A stretch of 64,000 bases of DNA. Origin: an uncultured Alphaproteobacteria bacterium. Its GTDB lineage: Bacteria; Pseudomonadota; Alphaproteobacteria; CACIAM-22H2. A program made the position numbers and the translations under genes. The stretch is taken from contig CAVVJD010000021.1 in assembly GCA_963748455.1 (NCBI GenBank), positions 398,906-462,905 of the forward strand, given 5' to 3'. The notes beneath the pieces are model-generated. The model saw only the letters and a program-made list of their open reading frames with translations. It had not been told where the DNA came from and searched no databases. Numbering within the stretch: the first letter of the stretch is position 1; each line of letters starts with the position of its first letter. Below, piece after piece: positions 17,518 to 27,467 of this stretch.

Positions 17518-18792
17518 ATGCGAATTCTGGTCGTGGGCTCGGGCGGGCGCGAACATGCGCTGTGCTGGGCCATCGCCGCCTCCCCCATCTGCGACAAGCT
17601 CTTTTGCGCGCCCGGCAATGCCGGGATCGCCGCCGACGCCGAATGCGTGGCCATCGCCGCCGAGGATAGCGCCGGCATCGTCCGATTCGCGCGCGACCAG
17701 AAGATCGATTTCGCGGTGGTGGGGCCGGAAGGGCCGCTGGTGGCCGGGTTGGTCGACGCGCTGGAAGGGGCCGGCATCCGGGCGTTCGGGCCGAGCGGCA
17801 AGGCGGCGGCGCTTGAAGGCTCCAAGGGCTTCATGAAGGATTTCTGCGCCAAGTATGGCGTGCCGACCGCCGCCTATGAGCGCTTCCGCGACCGCGACGC
17901 CGCGCGAAAATTCGTGCAGCAGCGCGGCGCCCCCATCGTCATCAAGACCGACGGGCTGGCGGCGGGCAAAGGTGTCACCGTCGCCATGACGCTCGACGAG
18001 GCGCTCGCTGCCGTCGATGACGCGATGGTCGACCAGCGCTTCGGTGCGGCCGGCGCCGAGCTGGTGATCGAGGAATTTCTCGACGGCGAGGAAGCGAGTT
18101 TCTTTGCGCTGTGCGACGGCAAGACCGCCATCGCGCTGGCAACCGCGCAGGACCACAAGCGCGTGGGCGACGGCGATACCGGGCCCAATACCGGCGGCAT
18201 GGGCGCCTATTCGCCCGCACCGATTGTCACGGCGGCCATGGCCGAGACCATCATGGCGACGATCGTGCGCCCGACCATGGCCGGCATGATCCAGGAAGGG
18301 CGGCCTTACAAGGGCGTGCTCTATGTCGGCGTGATGATCGGGCGCGACGGGCCCAAGCTGGTCGAGTTCAACGTGCGCTTCGGCGATCCCGAAACCCAGG
18401 TGCTGATGCCGCGGCTCGCTTCCGATCTGTTGCCGGCGCTGATGGCGGCGCGCGACGGCGAGCTCAAGAATTTCAGCCTGCGCTGGCGCGACGACACCGC
18501 CTTATGCGTGGTGATGGCGGCCAAGGGCTATCCGGGCGAGTATCGCAAGGGCAGCGAAATTCGCGGCCTCACCGAAGCTGGTACGGTGCAAGGCGTGACG
18601 GTGTTCCATGCCGCCACGAAAAGTGATGGCACGCGCGTGCTGGCCAATGGCGGGCGTGTGTTGTGCGTGACGGCACTGGGGTCCGGCGTCGCCGAGGCAC
18701 AGAAGCGCGCGTACGAAGCCGTCGATGCGATCGAGTGGGATGACGGTTTCTGCCGGCGCGATATCGGCTGGCGCGCGCTAACAAAGACTTGA
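17518..18792 (+). CDS. purD: Phosphoribosylamine-glycine ligase
   Basis: MRILVVGSGGREHALCWAIA...VIKTDGLAAGKGV...NTGGMGAYSPAP...EFNVRFGDPETQ.... Confidence 0.93.
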   Translation: MRILVVGSGGREHALCWAIAASPICDKLFCAPGNAGIAADAECVAIAAEDSAGIVRFARDQKIDFAVVGPEGPLVAGLVDALEGAGIRAFGPSGKAAALEGSKGFMKDFCAKYGVPTAAYERFRDRDAARKFVQQRGAPIVIKTDGLAAGKGVTVAMTLDEALAAVDDAMVDQRFGAAGAELVIEEFLDGEEASFFALCDGKTAIALATAQDHKRVGDGDTGPNTGGMGAYSPAPIVTAAMAETIMATIVRPTMAGMIQEGRPYKGVLYVGVMIGRDGPKLVEFNVRFGDPETQVLMPRLASDLLPALMAARDGELKNFSLRWRDDTALCVVMAAKGYPGEYRKGSEIRGLTEAGTVQGVTVFHAATKSDGTRVLANGGRVLCVTALGSGVAEAQKRAYEAVDAIEWDDGFCRRDIGWRALTKT

Positions 18793-18799
18793 GGCAGTG

Positions 18800-19837
18800 A
18801 TGGCCGGCCTTCACAAGAGCGATCTGATCTATCCGGTGGAGACGCCGCCGGCCCCCGGCACGACGCTGGAAATCGCGCCCGGCGTGCACTGGGTGCGCAT
18901 GCCGCTGCCCTTCCCGCCCGATCACATCAATCTGTGGCTGCTGCAGGACGGCGATGAATGGGTCATCGTCGATTGCGGCCTGGCGCGCGACGAGGCCAAG
19001 GCGCATTGGGAAGCGATCTTCGCGTCTGTGCTCGGCGGCCGGAAGGTGACGCGGCTGCTGGTCACGCATTTCCATCCCGACCATCTGGGGCTCGGCGCGT
19101 GGCTGACCGAGCGCTGGCAGATGCCGCTGTGGATGACGGCGGCGGAATTCGCGATGGCGCGCGTGGTGCATGCCCAGGGCAACGAGGCCGATGTCGCGGC
19201 GCGCTTCGCCTTCTATCGCGGCAATGGCGCCAGCGAGGATCTGCTGACGCAGGTGGGCAATTCCAACTTCTATCGCCGCGGCGTGCCCGAAGTGCCGCCC
19301 GCCTTCCGGCGCATGCGCGGCGGGCAAGACATCGACATCGGCGGACAGCGCTGGAATGTCGTGATCGGCCGCGGCCATGCGCCCGAGCATGCATGTTTGT
19401 GGGCGAAGCAACTCAACGTCTTAATCGGCGGCGACATCCTGCTGCCGCGCATCTCGCCCAATGTCAGCGTGTGGCCGCTCGAGCCTTTCGCCAATCCACT
19501 CGCGGATTATCTCGGTTCGCTCGACAATTTCGCCGACGTGCCGGCGGACACGCTGATCTTGCCGGCGCACGGCCTGCCCTATCGCAACGTGCCAGCGCGC
19601 ATCGCGTATCTGAAGGCGCATCACGAGGAGCGGCTCGACAAGCTGGCCGAGGTGGCCGCCGAGCGCCCGCTCTGCGCCATCGACACGTTCCCGTTCCTGT
19701 TCCGACGCGAGATCAGCGCCAACAATGTCGGGCTGGCCACCGGCGAGGCGCTGGCGCATCTCCATCTGCTCGAGGCGCAAGGCCGCGTGCGGCGCGAGAA
19801 GGATGGCGCCGGCGTGTGGCGCTTCCGCGCCGCGTGA
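18800..19837 (+). CDS. MBL-fold metallo-hydrolase
   Basis: ...LLVTHFHPDHLGLGAWL... (HxHxDH motif)...GRGHAPEHACLW...LPAHG.... Confidence 0.75.
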   Translation: MAGLHKSDLIYPVETPPAPGTTLEIAPGVHWVRMPLPFPPDHINLWLLQDGDEWVIVDCGLARDEAKAHWEAIFASVLGGRKVTRLLVTHFHPDHLGLGAWLTERWQMPLWMTAAEFAMARVVHAQGNEADVAARFAFYRGNGASEDLLTQVGNSNFYRRGVPEVPPAFRRMRGGQDIDIGGQRWNVVIGRGHAPEHACLWAKQLNVLIGGDILLPRISPNVSVWPLEPFANPLADYLGSLDNFADVPADTLILPAHGLPYRNVPARIAYLKAHHEERLDKLAEVAAERPLCAIDTFPFLFRREISANNVGLATGEALAHLHLLEAQGRVRREKDGAGVWRFRAA

Positions 19838-19871
19838 GATCGCTCAGGCGCCAGGCAACTTCGCCGCGTCA

Positions 19872-20333
19872 CTAACGCCGGGCGCGGAAGAAATCCTGCA
19901 GCAGGCGGGCGGCCCTGGTCTCCTCGATCCCGCTATAGACTTCTGGCCGGTGATGGCACGTCGTATGAGAAAATATTCTTGGGCCGTGTTCCACGCCGCC
20001 CCCCTTGGGGTCGCTGGCGCCGAAATAGAGCCGGCGGATGCGGGCGAAGGAGATCGCCGTCGCGCACATCGGACAGGGTTCCAGCGTCACATACAGGTCG
20101 CAGCCGGCCAGGCGCGCCGTGCCCAGGCCGCGCGCGCCTTCGCGCAGCACCAGCATCTCGGCGTGCGCGGTCGGGTCGTGGTCGGCTTCCGTGCGGTTAT
20201 GGGCGACGGCGAGGATGGCGCCGGTGGCGCCGTCGACCAGCACCGCGCCGACCGGGACCTCGCCCGCAGCGCCGGCCGTGGCAGCCGCTTCCAGGGCACG
20301 CTGCATGGGGCTCAGGGGGGCGGTGTCGGGCAT
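19872..20333 (-). CDS. tadA: tRNA adenosine(34) deaminase
   Basis: ...VPVGAVLV...HAEMLVLRE...YVTLEPCPMCATAI... (HAE / PCxxC deaminase motifs), 153 aa. Confidence 0.88.
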   Translation of the reverse strand: MPDTAPLSPMQRALEAAATAGAAGEVPVGAVLVDGATGAILAVAHNRTEADHDPTAHAEMLVLREGARGLGTARLAGCDLYVTLEPCPMCATAISFARIRRLYFGASDPKGGGVEHGPRIFSHTTCHHRPEVYSGIEETRAARLLQDFFRARR

Positions 20334-20403
20334 GGCGCGGCGCAGAATAGCGGGTCGGCCCGGGCGCTTCCATTTATTAACCCGGCGATGCTAAGTATCT
20401 GGC

Positions 20404-21114
20404 ATGACACGACCCCTGATCGGCATCACCCTCGATTCAGAGCCCGCTGGCGGCTGGTCCAAGCTGCCGTGGTACGCGCTGCGCCAGAATTACTGCGAAG
20501 CGGTGGCGCGGGCCGGCGGCTTGCCATTGCCGCTGCCGCATGAGCCCGAGCTGGCCGAGGCGTATCTCGACAAGCTGTCCGGCATCGTCATCACCGGCGG
20601 TGCATTCGATGTCGATCCGGCCCTGTTCGGCGCCAATTCGCGCCATGAGACCGTCAGAACCAAGGATCGGCGCACCGCCTTCGAATTCGCGCTGGTCAAG
20701 GGCGCCTATGCCCGCGACCTGCCGATGCTCGGCATCTGCGGCGGCCAGCAGCTTCTCAACGTCGTGCTGGGCGGCACGCTGATCCAGCATATTCCCGACG
20801 AGATCTCCGGCGCGCTGGCGCATGAGCAGCCCAACCCGCGCACCGAGCCCGGCCACAACGTCAAGGTCGTCGCCGGGACCCTGCTCCACCGCGTGACCCA
20901 GATGCTGGAGCTGCCGGTCAACAGCGCGCATCACCAGGCGGTCAAGGCCGTGGGGCCCGGCATCGTCATCAACGCGACCGCGCCCGACGGCGTGGTCGAG
21001 GGGATCGAGGACCCGCGCAAGCGCTTCTGCCTGGGCGTCGAGTGGCACCCCGAATACGCAATCAGCCCCGGCGACACGCGCATCTTCGACGCCTTCATCC
21101 GCGCTGCCGCCTGA
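20404..21114 (+). CDS. Class I glutamine amidotransferase / gamma-glutamyl-GABA hydrolase family (peptidase C26)
   Basis: MTRPLIGITLD...GIVITGG...LPMLGICGGQQLLNV...NSAHHQAV...GVEWHPE. Confidence 0.8.
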   Translation: MTRPLIGITLDSEPAGGWSKLPWYALRQNYCEAVARAGGLPLPLPHEPELAEAYLDKLSGIVITGGAFDVDPALFGANSRHETVRTKDRRTAFEFALVKGAYARDLPMLGICGGQQLLNVVLGGTLIQHIPDEISGALAHEQPNPRTEPGHNVKVVAGTLLHRVTQMLELPVNSAHHQAVKAVGPGIVINATAPDGVVEGIEDPRKRFCLGVEWHPEYAISPGDTRIFDAFIRAAA

Positions 21115-21161
21115 GGGTTTCCCCCTTCGACAAGGGCAAGGTAAGTCTCTAAGACATCCTC

Positions 21162-21971
21162 GTGCCAAAGCATGAGGACACACGCGCGTTGACCGACACT
21201 GCAAAACCCGACCGCATCGCCAAGGTGATCGCCCGCGCCGGCCTGTGCTCGCGCCGCGAGGCGGAGCGCTGGATCGAGGAAGGCCGCGTCGCCGTCGACG
21301 GCAAGACGCTGACCTCGCCCGCCTTCACCGTCACCGCCGCCAATGTCGTCACGGTCGACGGCGAGACGCTGAAAGCGCCCGAACGCCCGCGCCTGTTCCG
21401 CTATCACAAGCCGCGCGGGCTGTTGACCACGGCGCACGACCCCGAGGGGCGGCCGACCATCTATGATGGCATGCCCAAGCAATTGCCGCGGGTGATGCCG
21501 GTGGGACGGCTCGATTTCAATTCCGAAGGGCTGCTGCTGCTGACCAATGACGGCGCCATCAAGCGCCATCTGGAATTGCCGGCGACGGGCTGGACGCGGC
21601 GCTATCGCGTGCGCGTGTTCGGGTTGCCCAATCCCGAAGCGCTCGAAAGCCTTGCCCAGGGTGTGACCATCGATGGCGTGACGTACGGATCGATCGTGGC
21701 GCGTGTCGAGCGCGAACGCGCGAGCGTGAGCCGCAATTCGTGGGTCACGGTCGATCTGCGCGAGGGCAAGAACCGCGAAGTGCGCCGGGTGATGGAATAT
21801 CTCGGGCTGACCGTGAACCGGCTGATCCGCACGTCCTACGGGCCGTTCCTGCTCGACGATCTGCCCGCCGGCGCCATCGAGGAAGTACTGCCCAAGATGA
21901 TGCGCGATCATCTGGGGGCGCTGGCCGGGCCGGTGCCGCCGCGCCCGCACCAGCGCAAGACGCCGCGCTGA
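21162..21971 (+). CDS. Pseudouridine synthase, RsuA/RluB family with S4 domain
   Basis: RIAKVIARAGLCSRREAERWIEEGRVAVDG (S4)...VGRLDFNSEGLLLLTNDG...NREVRR.... Confidence 0.85.
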   Translation: MPKHEDTRALTDTAKPDRIAKVIARAGLCSRREAERWIEEGRVAVDGKTLTSPAFTVTAANVVTVDGETLKAPERPRLFRYHKPRGLLTTAHDPEGRPTIYDGMPKQLPRVMPVGRLDFNSEGLLLLTNDGAIKRHLELPATGWTRRYRVRVFGLPNPEALESLAQGVTIDGVTYGSIVARVERERASVSRNSWVTVDLREGKNREVRRVMEYLGLTVNRLIRTSYGPFLLDDLPAGAIEEVLPKMMRDHLGALAGPVPPRPHQRKTPR

Positions 21972-22543
21972 TGCGCATCGTCGGCGGTAAGCATCGCGGT
22001 CGCAAGCTGGAGTCGCCCGAAGACGAGCGCGTGCGGCCGACCAGCGATCGCGCGCGCGAATCCCTGTTCAATATCCTGGCGCACGGCAAGTTTGCGGCGG
22101 GCGGCGTGTCGCCGCTGATCGGTGCACGCGTGGTCGACGCGTTCTGCGGCACGGGTGCGCTGGGCTTCGAAGCGCTGTCGCGCGGGGCCACGCATGCGAC
22201 GTTCATCGACAACGATGGTGCTGCGCTGAAGCTGGTGAGCGCGAACGCCAAGGCACTGGGCGAAACCGCCAACATGAAAACCTACCAGGCCGACGCGACC
22301 AAGCCCGGGCGCGCGACACAGGCATGCACAATCGCCTTCCTCGACCCGCCCTATCGCGAGGGCCTGGCGATGCCCGCACTGGCGGCCCTCGCCGCGAATG
22401 GCTGGCTGGCCGACGATGCCATCTGCATCGTCGAGACCGAAGCACGCGACGATGTGACGCCGCCGGCGGGGTTCATCAGCGAGGACGAGCGGCGGTATGG
22501 GAAGGCGAAACTGACATTCCTTCGCTATTGCGCGAGGGCATAG
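21971..22543 (+). CDS. rsmD: 16S rRNA (guanine966-N2)-methyltransferase
   Basis: MRIVGGKHRGRKLESPEDERVRPTSDRARESLFNIL...VVDAFCGTGALGFEALSRGA...AFLDPPY. The ATG overlaps the upstream TGA by 1 nt. Confidence 0.88.
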   Translation: MRIVGGKHRGRKLESPEDERVRPTSDRARESLFNILAHGKFAAGGVSPLIGARVVDAFCGTGALGFEALSRGATHATFIDNDGAALKLVSANAKALGETANMKTYQADATKPGRATQACTIAFLDPPYREGLAMPALAALAANGWLADDAICIVETEARDDVTPPAGFISEDERRYGKAKLTFLRYCARA

Positions 22544-22546
22544 ACA

Positions 22547-22700
22547 CCACCTCACCCTTCCCATCGCTTCGCGATGGGCCCCTTCCCTCTCCCCCGCTTC
22601 GCGGCGGAGAGGGAGACCGGCGAGCCTCGATTGCCTTCTCCACCCCATTGGGGCGGAGAAGGAGGGGACCCATCGCGCAGCGATGGGGAGGATGAGTTGG
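22547..22700. repeat. Nested-palindrome intergenic mosaic element, copy 3 (two half-units in opposite orientation)
   Basis: CCACCTCACCCTTCCCATCGCTTCGCGATGGGCCCCTTCCCTCTCCCCCGCTTCGCGGCGGAGAGGGAG ... CCTTCTCCACCCCATTGGGGCGGAGAAGGAGGGGACCCATCGCGCAGCGATGGGGAGGATGAGTTGG. Confidence 0.85.
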
Positions 22701-22715
22701 GGGCCAGCGCGACTT

Positions 22716-23723
22716 CTACTGCAGCAGAAACCCGCGGCCGATCGTGTCTTCGGGTTCGAGGCGGAAGCGCGCTTCGCCCGTGTAGTGCGCCTTGCCGCCG
22801 ACGCGCACGATGAAGGCGGGATAGCCGCCGTAGCGCAGCGCGTCGCGCGCTTCGCCGGTGAAGATGGCGCCGGTCACGCTCTGGAAGCGATGGATGTGCG
22901 AGCCTGTCGTGCGGCCGGTCGCGGCATAGAGCGCCATGCGGGCGGTGACGCCCGAACCGGTCGGGCTGCGATCGACCTCGCGATCGGCGAAGACGCAGAT
23001 ATTGGCCGACGGACGGTCCACGCCGTCGCCGCCGTCGGTCAGGATCGTGCCGTAGAGAAATCCGAGATCGGGCTCCACCGGGTGGATGATATTCAACGCC
23101 GCCCTGACGGCTTGCGTCACGGCATCGGCGGCGTCGGTCAGCGCCGAGACGCGGTCGCGCGTGACACTCAGACCCAATTGGCCGGCATCGGCGATGGCAT
23201 AGAAGGCACCACCGTAGGCGACGTCGCAGATGAGATGCGATTTGTCCGGCAGAGCGACCGTGACATTGCGCGCCAGCACGAAGGCCGGAACGGAATCGAA
23301 GACGACGGCGCCGCCCTCGTCGACGAAGGCTTCGATAAGGCCGCATGGGCATTCGATGCCGATGCGCGTGAGAGCGCCCGTGCGCTGGACCAGGCCGCGG
23401 TCGACCGCGAAGCGCGCCAGCGCGATGACGGCGTGGCCGCACATGGTCGAGTAGCCCTCGTTGTGCAGGAACAGCACCGCGAGGTCGGCACCCGGGAGGG
23501 TCGGCTTCACCAGCCAGGCGCCGTACATGTCGCGATGGCCGCGCGGCTCGAACATCAGGAAGCGGCGCACATGGTCCAGATGGTCGCGGGCATGGCGGCG
23601 CTTGGCGAGGATCGTGTCGCCTGGCACCTCGGGCAGGCCGGAGACGGGAATGCGCACCGGCTCGCCGCCGGTGTGCATGTCGACGACCGCGATCTCGCCG
23701 CCGCCTTCAAGTGCCTTGGTCAT
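22716..23723 (-). CDS. Proline racemase superfamily enzyme, Cys/Thr type (trans-3-hydroxy-L-proline dehydratase-like)
   Basis: ...VDMHTGGEPVRI...NEGYSTMCGHAVIAL (first catalytic Cys)...DREVDRSPTGSGVTA (Thr where racemases/epimerases have the second Cys). Confidence 0.75.
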   Translation of the reverse strand: MTKALEGGGEIAVVDMHTGGEPVRIPVSGLPEVPGDTILAKRRHARDHLDHVRRFLMFEPRGHRDMYGAWLVKPTLPGADLAVLFLHNEGYSTMCGHAVIALARFAVDRGLVQRTGALTRIGIECPCGLIEAFVDEGGAVVFDSVPAFVLARNVTVALPDKSHLICDVAYGGAFYAIADAGQLGLSVTRDRVSALTDAADAVTQAVRAALNIIHPVEPDLGFLYGTILTDGGDGVDRPSANICVFADREVDRSPTGSGVTARMALYAATGRTTGSHIHRFQSVTGAIFTGEARDALRYGGYPAFIVRVGGKAHYTGEARFRLEPEDTIGRGFLLQ

Positions 23724-23804
23724 ACAGCCCAAACCTTCTGTCGTGCACTTCGCCCCCTTGTCCTGTGCTAGCCCGGGAGGGGCCAGTATGCGAAACTTGC
23801 GCTC

Positions 23805-24461
23805 ATGAAACCATCGTTACCCATCACGGAGTTGATCGAGCTCGCCTTCGTGACGCCGATTTTCAAGCGGCAATGGCCCGACGCCGAGCCGGTCAACGCC
23901 GGGCTGCGGCGTGTCATTCTCGCGCGCGAGGCGGCCGATGGCGGCGTGCAGCGCAGCAATGTCGGCGGCTGGCACTCGAAAGAAGACCTGCTCGAGTGGC
24001 CCGGCCCCGAAGTGGACGCGCTCAAGCGCTGGATCGGCCAGGCGGTGCGCGAAATGACCGGCTTCGTCCTGCCGCCGGCCGAGCGTCCATTCAACGTGTC
24101 GATGGATGGCGGCGCCTGGGCCAATGTCTGCCGCGACGGTGCGTACCACAAGATTCACAACCATCCCGACTGCACCTGGTCGGGCGTCTACTACGTGGCG
24201 GCGGGCGAGAAGACGCCGGGCACCGCGCCGGAGAATGGCACGATCGAGTTCCTCGACCCGCGCATGGGCGCAACGGCGCTTGGCGTGCCCGGGAGCGAGG
24301 CAATGCCCAAGCTGCGCGTCGAGCCGATGCCGGGCTTGATGCTGCTCTTCCCCTGCTGGCTCTATCACTACGTCAACCCGTTCCACGGCAGCGGCGAGCG
24401 CATCTCGATCGCCTTCAATATCCGCGTGGCGTTCTCATCGGGGCCACCGCAATCGCGCTGA
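23805..24461 (+). CDS. TIGR02466-type putative 2OG-Fe(II) oxygenase family protein
   Basis: ...GGWHSKEDLL...YHKIHNHPDCTWSGVYYV...IEFLDPR...LLFPCWLYHYVNPF...RISIAFNI. Confidence 0.6.
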   Translation: MKPSLPITELIELAFVTPIFKRQWPDAEPVNAGLRRVILAREAADGGVQRSNVGGWHSKEDLLEWPGPEVDALKRWIGQAVREMTGFVLPPAERPFNVSMDGGAWANVCRDGAYHKIHNHPDCTWSGVYYVAAGEKTPGTAPENGTIEFLDPRMGATALGVPGSEAMPKLRVEPMPGLMLLFPCWLYHYVNPFHGSGERISIAFNIRVAFSSGPPQSR

Positions 24462-24476
24462 CAGCGGTGACGCGGG

Positions 24477-25655
24477 CTAGGTGCGGCCGACCAGGACGCG
24501 ATGGGCCGCGAGCGCAATCACCGCGCAGACGGCCATGATCACGGTCATCGGCAGCAGGGCCGAATCCGCGTGCACCGCGGCAACAGCGCTCCCCGAAAAC
24601 GCACCGCCGACGAACGACGCGGTGCCGAGCAAGGCCGAGGCGCTACCGGCATGGACCGGCTCGCCGGATAAGGCCGCTGCCGAAGCGTTGGGCACGACCG
24701 CGCCGAGACTCGCAATCGCCACGAACAGCGGGGGCAGCAGCGCCCAGAGCGGGCCACCGGCAAGGGCGGCGATCAGCAGCAGCAGCGACGCCGCGGCATA
24801 GACGAGAATTCCCGTCGCCAAGGTCGGGGCCAGGCCGAAACGCGGCAGCAGTACGCGGTTGACCTGCGACGTCGCGATGAAGCCCAGCGCGTTGGCGCCG
24901 AACAGAATGGCGAATTGCTGCGGGCTCAGGTGATAACTGTCGATGAAGAGATGCGACGAGGCGGTGATGTAGGCGAACATGCCCGAGAGGCTGAAGCCCG
25001 ACATCGCCATGAATCCCACGAAACGCCGCGTCGAGAGCAGGCGGCTGTAGACGCGCAACACGGAGGCGAAGCCGCCGGTGGGGCGCCGCTCAGGCGGGCG
25101 CGTTTCAGGCAGGACGAAGATCACCGCCAGCAGGCAGGCGAGGCCGAACCCCGTCAGGATCCAGAAGATCGCGCGCCAGGAGACGTAGAGCAGCAGATAG
25201 CCGCCGAGGCTGGGGGCGAGGATGGGTGCAACGCCCATGATCATGATGAGGGTCGAAAGCAGCCGCGCCGTCTCCACACCTTCGGTGATGTCGCGCGCGA
25301 CCGCCCGCGCGATGACGGTGCCGGCACAGCCGCCGAGTGCTTGCAGGAAGCGAAGGGCAATCAGCGTGTTGACATCGGGCGTGAGCGCGCAGCCGATCGA
25401 GGCCAGGACGTAGACGATAATGCCCAGGAAGAGCGGACCGCGGCGGCCGAAGCGGTCGGAGAGCGGCCCATAAAACGCCTGACCGATCGCCATGCCGGCG
25501 AAGAAGACCGAGAGCGTGAGCTCGAGCGACGACGAGGGCGCGTTTAGATCGCGTGCCATCCCCGGCAGGCTTGGCAGGTACATGTCGACCGTCAGCGGCG
25601 CGAACGCCGAAAGCGCGCCCAACGTCAGAATCAGGCCGAGAGACGGCTTCGACAT
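24477..25655 (-). CDS. MFS transporter, Bcr/CflA drug-resistance subfamily
   Basis: MSKPSLGLILTLGALSAFAPLTVDMYLPSLPGMARDL...GPLSDRFGRRGPL...; 12-TM-like hydrophobic pattern. Alternative start at 25664. Confidence 0.8.
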   Translation of the reverse strand: MSKPSLGLILTLGALSAFAPLTVDMYLPSLPGMARDLNAPSSSLELTLSVFFAGMAIGQAFYGPLSDRFGRRGPLFLGIIVYVLASIGCALTPDVNTLIALRFLQALGGCAGTVIARAVARDITEGVETARLLSTLIMIMGVAPILAPSLGGYLLLYVSWRAIFWILTGFGLACLLAVIFVLPETRPPERRPTGGFASVLRVYSRLLSTRRFVGFMAMSGFSLSGMFAYITASSHLFIDSYHLSPQQFAILFGANALGFIATSQVNRVLLPRFGLAPTLATGILVYAAASLLLLIAALAGGPLWALLPPLFVAIASLGAVVPNASAAALSGEPVHAGSASALLGTASFVGGAFSGSAVAAVHADSALLPMTVIMAVCAVIALAAHRVLVGRT

Positions 25656-25799
25656 GCGAACCATTCGGAGGGAGAAGGTTTGCCCACGATCACGCGAAAG
25701 CCCGGCCAGGCGGCCGGACAAGGCTGGCGGGACCATAGCCGAGATTTCGGCCGGCCAGCCTTGCGAGGGTTGGGGATCAGGGTTGCGCGCCGCCCGCGC

Positions 25800-27467
25800 T
25801 CAGATGGACGGCTTGTAGCACCAGAAGCGGTACATGCCGGCAAAAACGTCGGGGGCACCGGCCTCGAATGCCTCCCATTGGGCCAGATCGAGGGGTGCGA
25901 GGGCGCCGGCGTGGCGCATGCGGAACGTCGACATGATGTGCGCCGGCAGCTCGAAGCCGCGGAATTGCAGGCCAAGCTCGCCGATGGCCAGCGCCAGCGT
26001 CGCGGGCGAGAAGCGATGCTCGACCTCGTGAAAGACCAGATCGCGGCAGCCGCTGGCGGTGAAGAAATCGACGAAGCGCGGCAGCAGGTGACGCCAATCC
26101 TTGGGCGCGTCGGGCGCATCGATCACCAGGCGACGCAGGGCGCGGATGCCGTCGATGTCGGCGGCGAGGCCGAGACGCGCGATCTCGGCGCGCGCGGCAA
26201 CGATGGAGGCCCGCGCGCGTTCGCTGTAAAGGCCGATCTTCATCATGCCGCCGGGCTGCAGCCGGTCGACCAGAGTGCGCCAGGCCGCGACCGGATCGGC
26301 GATATGATGCAACACGCCCACCGCCTCGATCACATCAAAGCGGCGATCGAGTGCGGCGATGTCGCGCAAATCCGCCTGCAGAAATTCGATGTTGGCAATG
26401 CCGTAGCGCCGCGCCATGCGCGCCGCATAGGCGAGGCTGGCGACGCTGAGGTCGAGGGCGAGGATGCGCGCGTTGGCGCCGTAGCCGAGCGCCGCGGCGA
26501 TCGCCTGACGGCCGGTGCCGCAACCGGCGATCAACACATCAAGACGTCCGGCGAAATCGCGCGACGCCGATTGCGGCAGATGGCGGCGCAGCATAGAGAG
26601 GCGTTCGCCGGGTGCTGGACGTTCGAGGCTGAGCCAACGCGGATAGGGATTTTCCTCGTAGTGCACGGCGATGCGCTGCGACGCCGGATCGGCGGGATGC
26701 GACAGGCGCGCCATGGCGCTGCGCGCGCGAATCTCCTCGACGTCGGGCTGCGCGGCCGCCAACAGCGCGCGGGCCGGCTCGCGCCAGCTTCGCGACGCCA
26801 GCGACGACGGCGGCGCGCGATACATCAAGACCACCAATAGCATCGCGTCGTCGCTCGCCCCTGTCTCAAGACGCGCGACGAGATCGGCAAGATCGGCGGC
26901 TTCGGCAGCATCGATCGGCAAGGCATATTCGTTGTTGATGGCATGCTGCGCCAACGCCGCAGCGAGCGGGCGCCACCATTGCGGCGGGTCGGACAGGCGC
27001 GCCGCTACTTGCGCACGCAGCGCCAGCAGGAAGCGCTCGAACTCCACATCGTGGCAGATGCCGCGGCGCAAGACGCCCAAGAGCAACGCATCGGCCAGAA
27101 AAATCTCGATATCTGGCGTGTCGAAAAGGGCCGCGACGGCTTCAGCCCAGCCCTCGGTCGCGGCGCGCTGGCGGGCCGCCTGAAACGCCGGCGTTGCCAT
27201 CAGACAATTCAGCGCGCTGCGCACCAGCGGCTGATGGTCGAGACCGTCTTGCGCGAAACAGGCGCACAGGGCGCCGGCCACCGGCGGCGAGGCGTCGAGC
27301 GTGTATTGCTGCAGCAGGCGCGTGAGCAGATGCGCGGGCTCCGACGCGGCGGGATCGGTGGCCAGGGCCGCCACGATCTCCCCGATCGCCTCGGCGGGAC
27401 GGTTGGCGCGCAGGAGGTCGCGGCCGCGCGCCAGATGCGCGGGGGCGTTCTTGGGCGCCGGGATCAT
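25800..27467 (-). CDS. Class I SAM-dependent methyltransferase with long helical N-terminal domain
   Basis: ATG at 27467 overlaps the mutL stop (ATGA). C-terminal half has [15 protein letters not shown] (SAM motif I)...ILALDLS...[12 protein letters not shown]...LQPGGMM. Only the last 555 codons of the 1028-codon ORF 25800..28886 are credible. Confidence 0.75.
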   Translation of the reverse strand: MIPAPKNAPAHLARGRDLLRANRPAEAIGEIVAALATDPAASEPAHLLTRLLQQYTLDASPPVAGALCACFAQDGLDHQPLVRSALNCLMATPAFQAARQRAATEGWAEAVAALFDTPDIEIFLADALLLGVLRRGICHDVEFERFLLALRAQVAARLSDPPQWWRPLAAALAQHAINNEYALPIDAAEAADLADLVARLETGASDDAMLLVVLMYRAPPSSLASRSWREPARALLAAAQPDVEEIRARSAMARLSHPADPASQRIAVHYEENPYPRWLSLERPAPGERLSMLRRHLPQSASRDFAGRLDVLIAGCGTGRQAIAAALGYGANARILALDLSVASLAYAARMARRYGIANIEFLQADLRDIAALDRRFDVIEAVGVLHHIADPVAAWRTLVDRLQPGGMMKIGLYSERARASIVAARAEIARLGLAADIDGIRALRRLVIDAPDAPKDWRHLLPRFVDFFTASGCRDLVFHEVEHRFSPATLALAIGELGLQFRGFELPAHIMSTFRMRHAGALAPLDLAQWEAFEAGAPDVFAGMYRFWCYKPSI

